Assembly (NCBI GenBank): GCA_050257015.1
Contig: JBLMWC010000125.1
Location: 1,018-65,017 of the forward strand
Length of the DNA: 64,000 nt
Reading direction: 5' to 3'
Source of the DNA: Bacillota bacterium
GTDB lineage: Bacteria > Gemmatimonadota > Gemmatimonadetes > Gemmatimonadales > GWC2-71-9
Shown here: positions 1 to 9,542 of the stretch, one piece after another
How the letters are laid out: each line of letters opens with the position of its first letter
Numbering within the stretch: position 1 is the first letter of the stretch
Program-made: the position numbers and the translations under genes
Notes under the pieces: generated by a model
The model's input: only the letters and a program-made list of their open reading frames with translations
Told to the model about the DNA's origin: nothing
Databases searched by the model: none

Positions 1-434
1 CCCATGTAGAAGATCGAGAAGCCGGCGTCACGGCGGGCATCCGCCTTGTCATACAGCGAGCCGACGATGCCGCTCACGTTCGGCTTGAGCAGCCCGGTGC
101 CGATCACGATGAGCGCCAGCCCCGCGTAAAAGAACGGCAGCGGGTGGAACACCAGCGTGAAGTGGCCCATCGTGATGATGATGCCGCCGACCAGCACGCT
201 CCGGTATTGCCCCAGCCAGCGGTCGGCGATGATGCCGCCGAAGATCGCCGCGGCCCAGGCACTCGCCGTATAGGTGCCGTAGACCGATCCCGCGTGCTTG
301 TCGTCGAACCCGAGCGCATGAACCATGTACAGGATGAGGAACGCCCGCATCCCGTAATAGCTGAAGCGCTCCCACATCTCCGTGAAGAAGAGTGTCGAGA
401 GCCCGCGGGGGTGTCCGAAGAACCCGCGCTCCAT
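1..434 (-). CDS. POT/PTR2-family proton-dependent oligopeptide transporter, N-terminal part (gene continues past the left edge)
   Basis: My reverse-strand translation from ATG 434..432 reads [43 protein letters not shown]...[10 protein letters not shown]...[15 protein letters not shown]. It carries the POT signature [15 protein letters not shown]. The frame is open to base 1, so it is absent from the ORF track. An in-frame TTG at 512, preceded by GAGGAA, is an alternative start. Confidence 0.8.
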   Translation of the reverse strand, partial: MERGFFGHPRGLSTLFFTEMWERFSYYGMRAFLILYMVHALGFDDKHAGSVYGTYTASAWAAAIFGGIIADRWLGQYRSVLVGGIIITMGHFTLVFHPLPFFYAGLALIVIGTGLLKPNVSGIVGSLYDKADARRDAGFSIFYM

Positions 435-581
435 CGCGCTGATCGCGCCTGGGGCGGGCCGGGGGTGATCGCCGAGCGCATCATTCAGCGGGCCGTCGGA
501 TCGGGAGGCCAAGGTCGATTCCTCTGCTTCAGGATGGCGATGAGAGCCGGCGACTCGGTGGTGCCGTCGCACGGCGTGAGG

Positions 582-1118
582 TCACTGGTCCTTGCCGAGC
601 TTCTTCTTCAGGTGGGCAAGCTGCGCTTCCACTGCCGCCTCGTGCTTCGCGCGCTCCGCGCGCGCCTCCATCAGATCGCTCTCGCGGTCGAGCGTCGGGT
701 CGGGCGCCGGCCGGGACTGCGCTGCGGGGATGCGGCCCTGCTGCGCCTCGCGCAGCTGAGCCGTCATCTCCGCCACCTCGCGCTCGGCCATGGCGACCTC
801 GTCCTTCTGGACCGCGAGCTTCCGCTCGAGCACGCCCACCCGCTCCCGGTGCTTCGTCGCGAACCGCTCGGCCACTGCGACCGTCTCGGGGTCGGGAATC
901 TCCGCCGCCAGCCGGCCGCGCCGCTCCGCGTCCTCCAGCTGCCGGCGCTCCAGGACGAGCTCGCGCTCGCTCCGGGCGACGCCGTCACGCATCTCGCTCA
1001 CCGCCGCGCGAGCGTCCACCACGGCATCGCGCAGACCGGCGATGAAGGCGCGGGCGTCGGGACGCGCGCCCTGCTCGGCGAAGATCCGATCCAGTCGCGC
1101 GCGAAGACTCTCGAACAC
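582..1118 (-). CDS. Coiled-coil protein, possibly PspA/IM30-like
   Basis: ORF track 582..1118 (178 aa). Charged heptad-like sequence throughout (ERELVLERRQLEDAERR..., AMAEREVAEMTAQLREAQ). The opposite-strand ORFs are Arg/Ala-rich shadows. The family assignment rests on resemblance only. Confidence 0.5.
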   Translation of the reverse strand: MFESLRARLDRIFAEQGARPDARAFIAGLRDAVVDARAAVSEMRDGVARSERELVLERRQLEDAERRGRLAAEIPDPETVAVAERFATKHRERVGVLERKLAVQKDEVAMAEREVAEMTAQLREAQQGRIPAAQSRPAPDPTLDRESDLMEARAERAKHEAAVEAQLAHLKKKLGKDQ

Positions 1119-1275
1119 GCCGGCTGATCCTTTCGACGGGGAGGTACCGCGGGAAGTGCTGGAATGTTACGGCGCAAAGCCGCGGAGCGTCAAGCGACAC
1201 CATCAAGCCAAAGCAGTGCCGGGACATTAGTTTTGAGCGGAAGCGGTGCCCGCCAACCCGTGCCTCGGAGTCGTC

Positions 1276-1770
1276 ATGATCCCGCGCTCGTGCCTCGTGG
1301 TTCTCGCCGGCGTCGTGGCCTGCAGCAGCAGCCGCAAATCGTCCAGCACCGCCTGCGGCATCGCCGCCCTGGCCGGGCCGTCACAGCTGATCAGCGAGTT
1401 CGGCGTCCGCAACCAGACGCTGGGCTCGCCGCCGGCCACGCTTCCGGAGGAGCTCGTTGCGCGGCTCGCAGCCGGTCCGGCATATCGCGCCGTGACCGGC
1501 CGGCAGCCCGGCGACTCGCTCTGGGTAATCGGCGTCGACGGCACGCTGCCGCCGAAGGTGAAGCTGGGCTACGGCGTCCTGGTGCTCGACCAGCAGGAGA
1601 AACCGCGCGGGATCATGCTCTACGAGGGGCTTCCGGTCGAGCGGGCGCCGCACCTCGGGACGGTGACGATGGGGCCAGCGACGGTTCCGCTCATCGGCGT
1701 GCAGACGGATCCGAAGCGGTTCGAGGATCCCGCGTGCCCGTTCTTCCCTGACTCGGTGCTTGCCCGATGA
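1276..1770 (+). CDS. Putative lipoprotein of unknown function
   Basis: Within ORF 1246..1770. An internal ATG at 1276 gives MIPRSCLVVLAGVVAC, a signal peptide with a lipobox Cys. Its stop overlaps the next start (ATGA at 1767..1770). Confidence 0.55.
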   Translation: MIPRSCLVVLAGVVACSSSRKSSSTACGIAALAGPSQLISEFGVRNQTLGSPPATLPEELVARLAAGPAYRAVTGRQPGDSLWVIGVDGTLPPKVKLGYGVLVLDQQEKPRGIMLYEGLPVERAPHLGTVTMGPATVPLIGVQTDPKRFEDPACPFFPDSVLAR

Positions 1771-2528
1771 CGCCGCGCATCGGAATCACCGGCATCGTCC
1801 GGCAGTGGGACGGCGTGTCGCGCACCGGCGTCAACTCCGCGTACGTCGAGAGCGTCCTGCGCGCCGGCGGTGTCCCTGTCATCCTCTCGCCGCTGATCGG
1901 CGCCGCCCGTGCAGCAGCGGCGGTCGAGGGCGTGGATGGCCTGCTCCTCACCGGGGGGGAGGATGTCGATCCGTCACTCTACGGCGCGACGCCGTCGCCC
2001 CGACTCGGCACGGTGGACCGGAGCCGCGACTTGTTCGAGCTGGCGGCGCTCAAGGCGGCGCGCGAGCGCCTCATGCCCGTGCTCGGCATCTGCCGCGGCA
2101 TTCAGCTGATCAACGTCGCCTTCGAGGGCACTCTCTGGCAGGATCTTCCGTCCGAGCGCGCCCAGGGGGTCGATCACAATCCGAAGACGCCGCGGGACGT
2201 GCAGTCCCACGGCATCCGCGTCGCGGCGGGGAGCCGCGCAGCCGCCGCGCTCGGCCGCACCGAGTTCGAGGCGAACTCCATTCATCATCAGGCGGTGCGC
2301 GAGCTCGGCACCGGACTCGTCGCCACGGCCTGGGCCAGCGACGGGCTCATCGAGGCGGTCGAGGGACCGGCGGAGGGATCGTGGCTTCTGGCGGTGCAAT
2401 GGCACCCGGAGGAGATGAGCGCGGATGTGACGGCGCCCCACGGCGGGATCTTTCGGGCACTCGTCGCCGAGGCGACTCGGCATGCCGGGTCAGTGCGCGC
2501 CGAGGTCCCGGAGAATGCGATCGGGTGA
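1767..2528 (+). CDS. Class I glutamine amidotransferase, gamma-glutamyl-GABA hydrolase-like (peptidase C26 / PuuD family)
   Basis: ORF 1767..2528. Motifs: LLLTGGEDVDPSLYG, nucleophile elbow LGICRGIQLINVA, and HHQAV...QWHPE. Confidence 0.8.
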   Translation: MTPRIGITGIVRQWDGVSRTGVNSAYVESVLRAGGVPVILSPLIGAARAAAAVEGVDGLLLTGGEDVDPSLYGATPSPRLGTVDRSRDLFELAALKAARERLMPVLGICRGIQLINVAFEGTLWQDLPSERAQGVDHNPKTPRDVQSHGIRVAAGSRAAAALGRTEFEANSIHHQAVRELGTGLVATAWASDGLIEAVEGPAEGSWLLAVQWHPEEMSADVTAPHGGIFRALVAEATRHAGSVRAEVPENAIG

Positions 2529-3200
2529 GACATGCCCCGGGAAGAGCACGCGGTCGCTCATGCCGTTGAGGGCGCCGCGCACGGACGGGAATCGCTCGGC
2601 AGCCGAGCGGAAGACGTCGCTCAGGCCATACTGGCCGGCCAGCGCGTGATCGGACGCCAGACCGAATCCCCGACGGCCGAGCGCGTCGTAGTAGGTGAGG
2701 TCAGGCCCGCCTTTGCGCAGTCTGCGGGCTGCGATATAATCGGGAAAGAGTCCCGCCAGCCAGAGCGCGTAGTTGCCAAGATGGGCCATCACGCGGAAGC
2801 GGCGCTCGCCGTCGCACGATTCGAGATCGGCCAGGATGTCCACCAGGTACCGATGCTGCTCGTCGTCGTTCCAGTCGACGCGCCACGCCCGGTCCCGGCG
2901 GCCGAAGTCGATGACGAGCGCCGCGAGGTAGTCGGCGAGGTCGCGGTCGTCGATCCCGGCTGCGCGCAGCGTGTGCCTCACCAGCACATAGAGGAAGAGC
3001 GGCTCCGAGGGTACCAGCATCGTCCGCACCGCGAGCAGCCGTTCGAGCAGTTCGGGCGCGTCGAGCAGCGCATCCGGCCCCTCGAGCGAAAGCCGCCGCT
3101 CCAGCGAGGCGCGGCGATGGGCCGAGCCCCGGCTCAGCAGCAGGATCACCAGCTGCAGGTCGGCTCCCGTGAGCCGGCCGCGGGTGTCAGCACGAATCAT
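2490..3200 (-). CDS. Hypothetical protein (no family recognised)
   Basis: This is the C-terminal 236 codons of the fused ORF 2490..4277. It starts at ATG 3200 (MIRADTRGRLTGADLQLV...) and has normal composition, whereas the 5' extension of that ORF is antisense to the histidine kinase. The start is uncertain because it interlocks with the divergent kinase start. Confidence 0.5.
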   Translation of the reverse strand: MIRADTRGRLTGADLQLVILLLSRGSAHRRASLERRLSLEGPDALLDAPELLERLLAVRTMLVPSEPLFLYVLVRHTLRAAGIDDRDLADYLAALVIDFGRRDRAWRVDWNDDEQHRYLVDILADLESCDGERRFRVMAHLGNYALWLAGLFPDYIAARRLRKGGPDLTYYDALGRRGFGLASDHALAGQYGLSDVFRSAAERFPSVRGALNGMSDRVLFPGHVSPDRILRDLGAH

Positions 3201-5208
3201 GGCGTTCCCCCATCCAGGCGGTGGCGTGCCGAGTGATGCTCGATCCACCGGCGCAGATGCGCTCGTCGAACGCCTGACCGCGTTCGCCCACGAGCTGGCC
3301 GGCACCCTCCGTCGCGCGTCGATCGTGGACCTGCTGATCGAGCATGTCCGCGACGGCCTCGCCCCGATCGAGATCGCGGTCATCCTCTTCAACAAGGACA
3401 CCGACGACCCCGACGTCCTGCACATCTGGCCGGCGGCGGACCGCGACCGACGCCCCCTCCTGGAGCTGGCCGCGCGCCGCGGCCCGATGCTCGTCTCCGG
3501 CTCCCCCGATGCGTTGCTCGAGGCCGAGGGACTCCAGATACCCGAGGACCTGTCCGGAAATTGGGCCCTCGCCCCGCTTCTCGCCAAGGCGCAGGTCACA
3601 GGAGCCATGGCAATTCGCGCCCCTGCCGGCGGGTTCGCCCCCTCCGCCCTGCTCCTCCTGCAGGGGCTCGTGGCACAAGCCAGCATCGCCCTGGAGAGCG
3701 TCCGGCTGGTGGATCTGCACGATGACGGGCGGAAATCGTGGCAGGAAGTCGTGGACGCCATCGCCCTCGCCCTCTGCATCGTGGACCGCAGCGGCAGCAT
3801 CCGCCGTGCCAACCGGGCCTTCGCCGAGCTGGTGGACGCCCCGCCCGCCTCCCTGATCGGCCGTCCGTGGCCGGCATTCGTGCCGCCCGACTGGGTCGCG
3901 GAGATTCGCCGTGCCCTGTCCGAGCCCGGCTCGGCCGCCGCGGAGCTGGAGACCGGCGACCGGTGCTTCTCGCTCAGCACCGTCCCCATCAGCCAGGGCG
4001 ATCCGTCGACGACGGTGCTCCTGTTCGATGACCAGACCGAGCGCCGCCGCCTGCAGGACCAGCTCATCCAGTCCGAGAAGATGTCGGCGATCGGCCAGCT
4101 GATCGCCGGCATCGCGCACGACCTCAACAACCCGCTCGCGTCGGTGGTCGGGTTCGCGGACTTCCTCAGCGAGGCCCGCGACGTGCCCAGCGCGCTCCGG
4201 GAACCGCTCTCGGTGATCCGCGAAGAAGCGGAGCGCGCCTCGAACATCGTCAAGAACCTCCTCAGCTTTGCGCGCAAGCAGGAGCGGCAGCGGCGGCCGG
4301 TGGCCCTCGAGCCGCTCCTCGAGTCGACGCTATCCCTCCTGCGGAACCAGCTGCTCGCCTACCACGTCGAGGCCCGCGTGGAGATCGAGCCGGACGTGCC
4401 GCTCGTGTCGCTCGACCCCAACCAGATGCAGCAGGTCTTCGTCAACCTGATCAACAACGCCGCGCAGGCGATCGCCTCGACCGGTCGGCCGGGAACGATC
4501 ACCGTTCGGGCCCGTCGCCAGCTCGATGGCGTGGCGATCGACGTGACGGACGACGGCCCCGGAATGTGCCGCGAGCTCGCCGAGCAGGTCTTCGAGCCGT
4601 TCTTCACTACCAAGGGCGAGGGCGAAGGCACCGGCCTGGGCCTGTCCATCAGTCAGGGAATCGTCAAGGAGCACGGCGGGCGGATCACGCTGGCCACCCG
4701 CGAAGGCGAAGGCGCCACCTTCACCGTCCAGCTCCCCTGCGGCGAGTCCTCGGCGGCAGCCGAGCCGGCGAGCGCATTGACCCGTGGGCCCCTCGCGCGC
4801 CTGCGCGTGCTCGTGGTGGACGACGAGCCGCACATCCTGCATTACATGCGGGCGACCCTCGACGCGTGGGGCCATGAAGTGGAGGTGGCTGCCGACGGCG
4901 CCGAAGGCCTCCGGATGGCCGGCGAGGACGAGTTCGATCTCATCATCTCGGATCTCCGCATGCCCCGACTCGGAGGCCGGGAATTCTACGAGGAGCTCCG
5001 CCGGGTGGACCCGGCGCTCGCGCCCCGCGTCGTCTTCAGCACCGGCGACACCGTCCGGGGCGACACCCTCGCCTTCCTCGAGAGTCTGAACCGCCCATAC
5101 CTTCACAAGCCTTTCAGCCTGGCCGAGCTCCGCGCGCTTCTCGCCACCGTCACCAGCCGTCGCGGCGGCGACCGGATCTCGCGGCCGGAGGCAATCGTCC
5201 ACGACTGA
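3199..5208 (+). CDS. Hybrid sensor histidine kinase (N-terminal sensory/PAS region, HisKA, HATPase_c, C-terminal receiver)
   Basis: ORF 3169..5208. H-box SEKMSAIGQLIAGIAHDLNNPL, ATPase boxes NLINNAAQA / DDGPGM / GEGTGLGLS, and receiver LRVLVVDDEPHIL...DLIISDLRMP...HKPF. Start taken at ATG 3199; GTG 3169 is also possible. Confidence 0.85.
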   Translation: MAFPHPGGGVPSDARSTGADALVERLTAFAHELAGTLRRASIVDLLIEHVRDGLAPIEIAVILFNKDTDDPDVLHIWPAADRDRRPLLELAARRGPMLVSGSPDALLEAEGLQIPEDLSGNWALAPLLAKAQVTGAMAIRAPAGGFAPSALLLLQGLVAQASIALESVRLVDLHDDGRKSWQEVVDAIALALCIVDRSGSIRRANRAFAELVDAPPASLIGRPWPAFVPPDWVAEIRRALSEPGSAAAELETGDRCFSLSTVPISQGDPSTTVLLFDDQTERRRLQDQLIQSEKMSAIGQLIAGIAHDLNNPLASVVGFADFLSEARDVPSALREPLSVIREEAERASNIVKNLLSFARKQERQRRPVALEPLLESTLSLLRNQLLAYHVEARVEIEPDVPLVSLDPNQMQQVFVNLINNAAQAIASTGRPGTITVRARRQLDGVAIDVTDDGPGMCRELAEQVFEPFFTTKGEGEGTGLGLSISQGIVKEHGGRITLATREGEGATFTVQLPCGESSAAAEPASALTRGPLARLRVLVVDDEPHILHYMRATLDAWGHEVEVAADGAEGLRMAGEDEFDLIISDLRMPRLGGREFYEELRRVDPALAPRVVFSTGDTVRGDTLAFLESLNRPYLHKPFSLAELRALLATVTSRRGGDRISRPEAIVHD

Positions 5209-5265
5209 AGGCTCTCGCCGCGTCACGGACCGGTGTATCGTTCAGCACCCTCGCACTGACGGACC

Positions 5266-6054
5266 ATGATCTACGTCTGTATTCCGAGTCACAACGAAGC
5301 GCCGACGGTCGGCCTTCTGCTTTGGAAGATCCGGCAGGTGTTCGCGGAATTCCCGCGGGAGTATCAGCTCATCGTGGCCGATGACGCCTCGACCGACGCG
5401 ACCCCGGACGTCCTCGGCCCCTACGCCCGCGTGCTGCCGCTCACCGTCATCCGGCACGAGCGTCAGCTCGGCTATGGCCGGACCATCGAGGAGCTGCTGC
5501 GGCTCGCCGTCGACCGCACCGACCGGCCGAAGCGCGACTGCGCCATCCTCATGCACGCCGATTTCGCCCACGGGCCGCATTATCTGCCGGATCTCGTGCG
5601 GCGGATCGAGAGCGGCGCCGATCTCGTCGTCGCCCAGGCCTCACTCTCCGGCGAGCCGTCGCGCGGCCGGCGCATGGTGCGCCGCTTCGCCCCCATGCTG
5701 CTGCGGGGCCGCGTGCGGGTGCCCGGCGTGTCGGATCTCGTCTCGGGGTTCACCGCGTTCCGGCTGAGCACGCTCCGGAGCGCGTTCCGCGATGGGAAGC
5801 CGCCGATTCTGTCGACCGAGGGGTGGGCCGCGAACGCGGAGCTGATCGGCCGCACGGCGCGCTACGCACGGCGCATCGAAACGGTGGACGTGGTGGAGCG
5901 CCACGACCTGCGGCCCCGGGCGAGCCGGGTACAACCGTGGGAGACGGCGCGCCGTCTCTGGCATGAGGCCGGCCGGCTGCGCCTGCCGGCACCTCCACCG
6001 CCTGCGCCGGCGGAGCGCAGCCGGACCGAAGCGGAGGCTGGTGCCGCGAGCTGA
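5266..6054 (+). CDS. Family 2 glycosyltransferase (dolichyl-phosphate-sugar synthase-like)
   Basis: ORF 5266..6054. N-terminus IYVCIPSHNEAPTVG and LIVADDASTDATPDVL (GT-A fold, DxD-type region). Confidence 0.75.
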   Translation: MIYVCIPSHNEAPTVGLLLWKIRQVFAEFPREYQLIVADDASTDATPDVLGPYARVLPLTVIRHERQLGYGRTIEELLRLAVDRTDRPKRDCAILMHADFAHGPHYLPDLVRRIESGADLVVAQASLSGEPSRGRRMVRRFAPMLLRGRVRVPGVSDLVSGFTAFRLSTLRSAFRDGKPPILSTEGWAANAELIGRTARYARRIETVDVVERHDLRPRASRVQPWETARRLWHEAGRLRLPAPPPPAPAERSRTEAEAGAAS

Positions 6055-6081
6055 TGCGGCTCGTGCGGGACCCGAAATGAC

Positions 6082-6109
6082 AACGCCCGGCGAACTTCGC
6101 CGGGCGTTT
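6082..6109. terminator. Hairpin terminator between convergent genes
   Basis: AACGCCCGGCGAA-C-TTCGCCGGGCGTT: 13-nt arms, so about 11 bp of stem once a minimal loop is allowed. It is followed by TTTG on the plus strand and lies between the stops at 6054 (+) and 6129 (-). Confidence 0.5.
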
Positions 6110-6128
6110 GCCATCTCGGGTCGGGCGA

Positions 6129-6341
6129 TCAGGCCGGCTTGCCGGTGATCGTCTCGCGCACCCGCGCTGCGGTGTTCGGCGCGAAGATCTTGAGAATCAG
6201 ATAGATGATGAAGCCCCAGATGGCCAGCTTCAGCACCACGCCGAAGATCCCCAGCACCCCGAAGAACAGCAGGAAAAGCACCTTCAACAGGACGACGGCG
6301 AACACAGCGAAGAGCGAGAAGCCAACGATGTTGCGAACCAT
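6129..6341 (-). CDS. Small hydrophobic membrane protein (70 aa, about 2 TM)
   Basis: Within ORF 6129..6395. ATG 6341 is preceded by GGGAGGA with 7-nt spacing. Sequence: MVRNIVGFSLFAVFAVVLLKVLFLLFFGVLGIFGVVLKLAIWGFIIYLILKIF. Confidence 0.55.
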   Translation of the reverse strand: MVRNIVGFSLFAVFAVVLLKVLFLLFFGVLGIFGVVLKLAIWGFIIYLILKIFAPNTAARVRETITGKPA

Positions 6342-6415
6342 GCTATTTTCCTCCCGAGGTGGCCGGACGCTGAATCGTACGCCCAGACGTTTCAAAAAGT
6401 TTCATAGGACGCCAA

Positions 6416-7516
6416 GTGCCAGCTGCACATGACGTTGTCGTCATCGGTGGGGGCGCCGTCGGCGCCGCTTGTGCCCGCGAGCTCGCGGTCATGGGCCGGC
6501 GTCCGCTCGTGCTGGATCCGGGGGCGCCGGGCGCCGCGTGGCAGGCGGCGGGGGGGATGCTCGCCCCCCAGATCGAGGCCGACGGCGCCGATCCCCTCTT
6601 CGAGCTGGGGCTGGCCGGGCGCGACCGCTATCACGAGCTCGCCGCCGAGCTCGCCGAGGAGACCGGAATCGACATCGGCCTCTGGCAGGAGGGGATCGCC
6701 CAGCTCGCCACGGAGGAGCATCACGTTCCCGAGCTGAAATCGAAGGTCGCGTGGCAGCGGCAGCAAGGCTATCTCTGCGACTGGCTCGATGCCGCCGAGG
6801 CCCGGGAGCACTGGCCGTGGACCGGCCCGGTCTTCGGCGCGCTCTGGGCGCGGCACGACGGCGCACTCGACCCGACGGCCCTCGTCCGGGCGCTGCTTGC
6901 CGACGCGGAGCGTCGCGGGGCTCGCATCATCCACGACGGTGCCCGCCGGATCGAGCATCAGGGGGGCCGCGTGACCGCCGTGGTCGGAGCCGACCGCTAC
7001 CCGACCCAGCATGTCGTCATCGCCGCCGGTGCGTGGTCCGGCCGGATCGAAGGGCTCCCCCGGCCGCTTTCCGTCGAGCCCGTGCGCGGCCAGATGGTTG
7101 CACTCCCGTGGCCCGCCGGAATTCCCCGCGCGGTGATCTACAATCGCGACTGCTACGTGCTCTCCCGCGGCACCGAGGCCGTGGCCGGGTCGACGATGGA
7201 ATTCGCCGGGTTCGATGCCTCAGTGACGGAAGCCGGAATCGAGCGCATCCTCGCCTGCCTGGCGACGCTCTGCCCTCCCCTCTCGGGCGTGCGCCCGCTT
7301 CGCACCTGGGCCGGCCTGCGCCCCGTCACGCCCGATGGCCTCCCCATCGTCGGTCCGGCGCCGGGCATCGAGGGACTGTGGTACGCGACCGGCCACGGTC
7401 GCAACGGGATTCTGCTCGCCGCCATCACCGGGCGCATCATCAGCCAGCTGGTGGCGCGGACCCCGACGCACGAGGACGTGAGCCTGCTGTCGCCGGAGCG
7501 GTACTGGCGCTGGTGA
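6416..7516 (+). CDS. thiO: FAD-dependent glycine oxidase-like oxidoreductase (DAO family, ThiO-like)
   Basis: ORF 6416..7516. Dinucleotide fold DVVVIGGGAVGAACAREL and C-terminal ATGHGRNGILLAAITG, typical of ThiO/DAO enzymes. Confidence 0.65.
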   Translation: MPAAHDVVVIGGGAVGAACARELAVMGRRPLVLDPGAPGAAWQAAGGMLAPQIEADGADPLFELGLAGRDRYHELAAELAEETGIDIGLWQEGIAQLATEEHHVPELKSKVAWQRQQGYLCDWLDAAEAREHWPWTGPVFGALWARHDGALDPTALVRALLADAERRGARIIHDGARRIEHQGGRVTAVVGADRYPTQHVVIAAGAWSGRIEGLPRPLSVEPVRGQMVALPWPAGIPRAVIYNRDCYVLSRGTEAVAGSTMEFAGFDASVTEAGIERILACLATLCPPLSGVRPLRTWAGLRPVTPDGLPIVGPAPGIEGLWYATGHGRNGILLAAITGRIISQLVARTPTHEDVSLLSPERYWRW

Positions 7517-7563
7517 GCGCCGGCCCCGGCGGCCGGCATTCTTCTGCTCGTGGAGCCGTCGCG

Positions 7564-8367
7564 ATGCGTGATCCGCTTCGAACCGCACTCATTCCATTCC
7601 TGATCTGCGCGGTCACCGGCGTTCTGCCGGCGCAGGCGCCGCGCGAGCTCGAAGCGGAGCGCGCGGCGTTCGCGGACTGGCTCGCGCACGCGCCGGTGTC
7701 TCCGCTCGCCGCGGTGAGCGCCGCACCACTCGACCGCTCGGGTGTCTCGGTGGAAATGGGTGCCGGCCGAACCGCCCGGATCGTGGAGCGCGACGATGCG
7801 GTGTGGGTCGAGGGCGACGGCGCCGCGCGCCCCATCGCCCGGAACCGCCCGGTCCGGCTCGGTACGACGACGGTGCTCGTAACGGGCGAGCCCCCGCGCT
7901 CGCGGGTGACCCTTTTCCGCGCTGGCCAATCCGGCTCACCCCCGGCGTACTGGCCCTACGATTCCCGTCTCGTCTTCACCGGCACGCTGACACCTCCGGC
8001 CCGGCCGTCATCGGAGCGGGTGCTGACGCCGGACGGCGTCGAGGTGGAGGCCACCGACGCCGGGACCGTCTCGCTCGACGTGCAGGGCGTCGTCCGCCTT
8101 CGGGTGATGCGTCTGCCCGACCCGGAGTCGGGCGAGGCGTCGCTCGAGGTGTACTTCCGGGATGGCACCAGCGGCGCCGGAAGCTATCCGGCGGGCCGCT
8201 TCGTGTCGCTCCAGCCGCTCCGGGACGGCCGTTACCGTCTCGACTTCAATCGCGCGCGCAATCCGTTCTGCGCCTACAATGCCGCGTACCCCTGCCCGGC
8301 GCCGTGGGCAGGCAACACGATCGCGGCGCCGGTCAGAGCCGGCGAGCGGTATGAGGGTCACTCATGA
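7564..8367 (+). CDS. DUF1684-family protein with signal peptide
   Basis: C-terminal part of ORF 6469..8367, from ATG 7564 (MRDPLRTALIPFLICAVTGVLPAQA). The C-terminus DFNRARNPFCAYNAAYPCPAPWAGNTIAAPVRAGER matches the DUF1684 hallmark. Confidence 0.7.
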   Translation: MRDPLRTALIPFLICAVTGVLPAQAPRELEAERAAFADWLAHAPVSPLAAVSAAPLDRSGVSVEMGAGRTARIVERDDAVWVEGDGAARPIARNRPVRLGTTTVLVTGEPPRSRVTLFRAGQSGSPPAYWPYDSRLVFTGTLTPPARPSSERVLTPDGVEVEATDAGTVSLDVQGVVRLRVMRLPDPESGEASLEVYFRDGTSGAGSYPAGRFVSLQPLRDGRYRLDFNRARNPFCAYNAAYPCPAPWAGNTIAAPVRAGERYEGHS

Positions 8368-9542
8368 TCGCCTCGCTCTTCGCACTCGCCGTCGCCGCGG
8401 CGTCACCGGCCGGCCAGTGGCGCGCGGTGCTCGATCTCGCCGGCGGCGAGCTGCGCTTCACGCTGACTGTCCGGCCGCTCCGGCACGGCTTCAGCGCCAG
8501 CATCTGCAACGGGAAGGTCTGCACTGCGCTCTCGGGCGTGCGCGTTGCGGGCGATACCGTGGTGCTCGAGATCGCCGACTACGCCGCCACCATCACGACG
8601 ACGCTGCACGGCGACTCCCTGACCGGTGTCTACCACAACGTGGGCAATCGCGGGCCGCGGACGATTCCGTTCCGCGCGTCGCGCGGCCGCTGGCGGATCG
8701 AGCCCGGGCCGGACAGGCTCCTCGGCAGCTGGGACGCGACCTTCGTCACCGACGGCCGGCCGAGCCCCCGCGTGATGCTCTTCTCGAACGATTCGAGCGG
8801 CCTCATCGGCGCGCTGATCTCGAACACCGGCGACTACGGCCACTTCTGGGGCGGCGCCGAGGCGGACAGCTTCCACCTGGCTCACTTCGACGGGTCGTTC
8901 GTCTATCTCCTCACCGGGCGCCTCGACGGGGACACGCTGCGCGGGATCTTCCACGCCGGGCTGAGCAGCGAGACCCCTTTCACCGCCGTTCGCAGCACCG
9001 GCACGCCGCATCTCCGGAACCCGCTCGAGATGACGAGCGCCGACACCACGGCACCGTTCCGGTTTTCGTTCCCCGGCCTCGACGGCCGGACGGTGTCGAA
9101 TGACGACCCCCGCTTCCACGGCAAGGTCGTCCTCATCGACATCTTCGGCACCTGGTGTCCCACCTGCCACGAGGCGGCGCCGATGCTGGTGGATCTCTAC
9201 CGGCGCTACCACCGCCGGGGGCTGGAGATCGTCGGGCTGGCCTATGAGGTAACGGGAGATAGCGCCGTGGACGCGCCGCTGGTTCGGCGCTTCAGGCAGG
9301 TACACCGGATTCCTTATCCGCTACTGCTCGCCGGTGTCAGTGATGCGCGCGCAGCCGCCGCCACCCTGCCCCAGCTGCGCGGCTTCACCGCCTTCCCGAC
9401 GTCGGTCTTTCTCGGCCGCGACGGCCGCGTGCGGATGGTGCATGCAGGCTTCGTCGGCGCGGCGACGGGCCGTCAGCACGACCGGCAGGTCGCCGAGTTC
9501 CGCGCCACGATCGAGCGGCTCCTCAACGAGCGGCCGCGGTGA
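8364..9542 (+). CDS. Thioredoxin-fold thiol:disulfide oxidoreductase (TlpA/ResA-like) with an uncharacterised N-terminal domain
   Basis: ORF 8364..9542. Active site FGTWCPTCHEAAP. ATGA overlap with the upstream gene. Confidence 0.75.
   Translation: MIASLFALAVAAASPAGQWRAVLDLAGGELRFTLTVRPLRHGFSASICNGKVCTALSGVRVAGDTVVLEIADYAATITTTLHGDSLTGVYHNVGNRGPRTIPFRASRGRWRIEPGPDRLLGSWDATFVTDGRPSPRVMLFSNDSSGLIGALISNTGDYGHFWGGAEADSFHLAHFDGSFVYLLTGRLDGDTLRGIFHAGLSSETPFTAVRSTGTPHLRNPLEMTSADTTAPFRFSFPGLDGRTVSNDDPRFHGKVVLIDIFGTWCPTCHEAAPMLVDLYRRYHRRGLEIVGLAYEVTGDSAVDAPLVRRFRQVHRIPYPLLLAGVSDARAAAATLPQLRGFTAFPTSVFLGRDGRVRMVHAGFVGAATGRQHDRQVAEFRATIERLLNERPR

Noticed and set aside
2490-4277. ORFs in the track that fuse a real gene to a long 5' extension: 2490..4277, 6469..8367, 9949..11823, 10800..12839, 31852..33843, 43239..45281, 45708..47039, 47265..49331, 51878..53557 and 60301..61119.
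   Set aside because: Only the 3' portions show family motifs, SD sites and start/stop coupling. The extensions run antisense to, or across, neighbouring genes. I trimmed each to an internal start and did not report the full ORF.
6342-6415. A possible TPP riboswitch upstream of the thiO-like gene.
   Set aside because: The spacer is only about 74 nt long, and I could not find the conserved CUGAGA / ACCUGAUCUGGAUAAUGCCAGCG-type elements.
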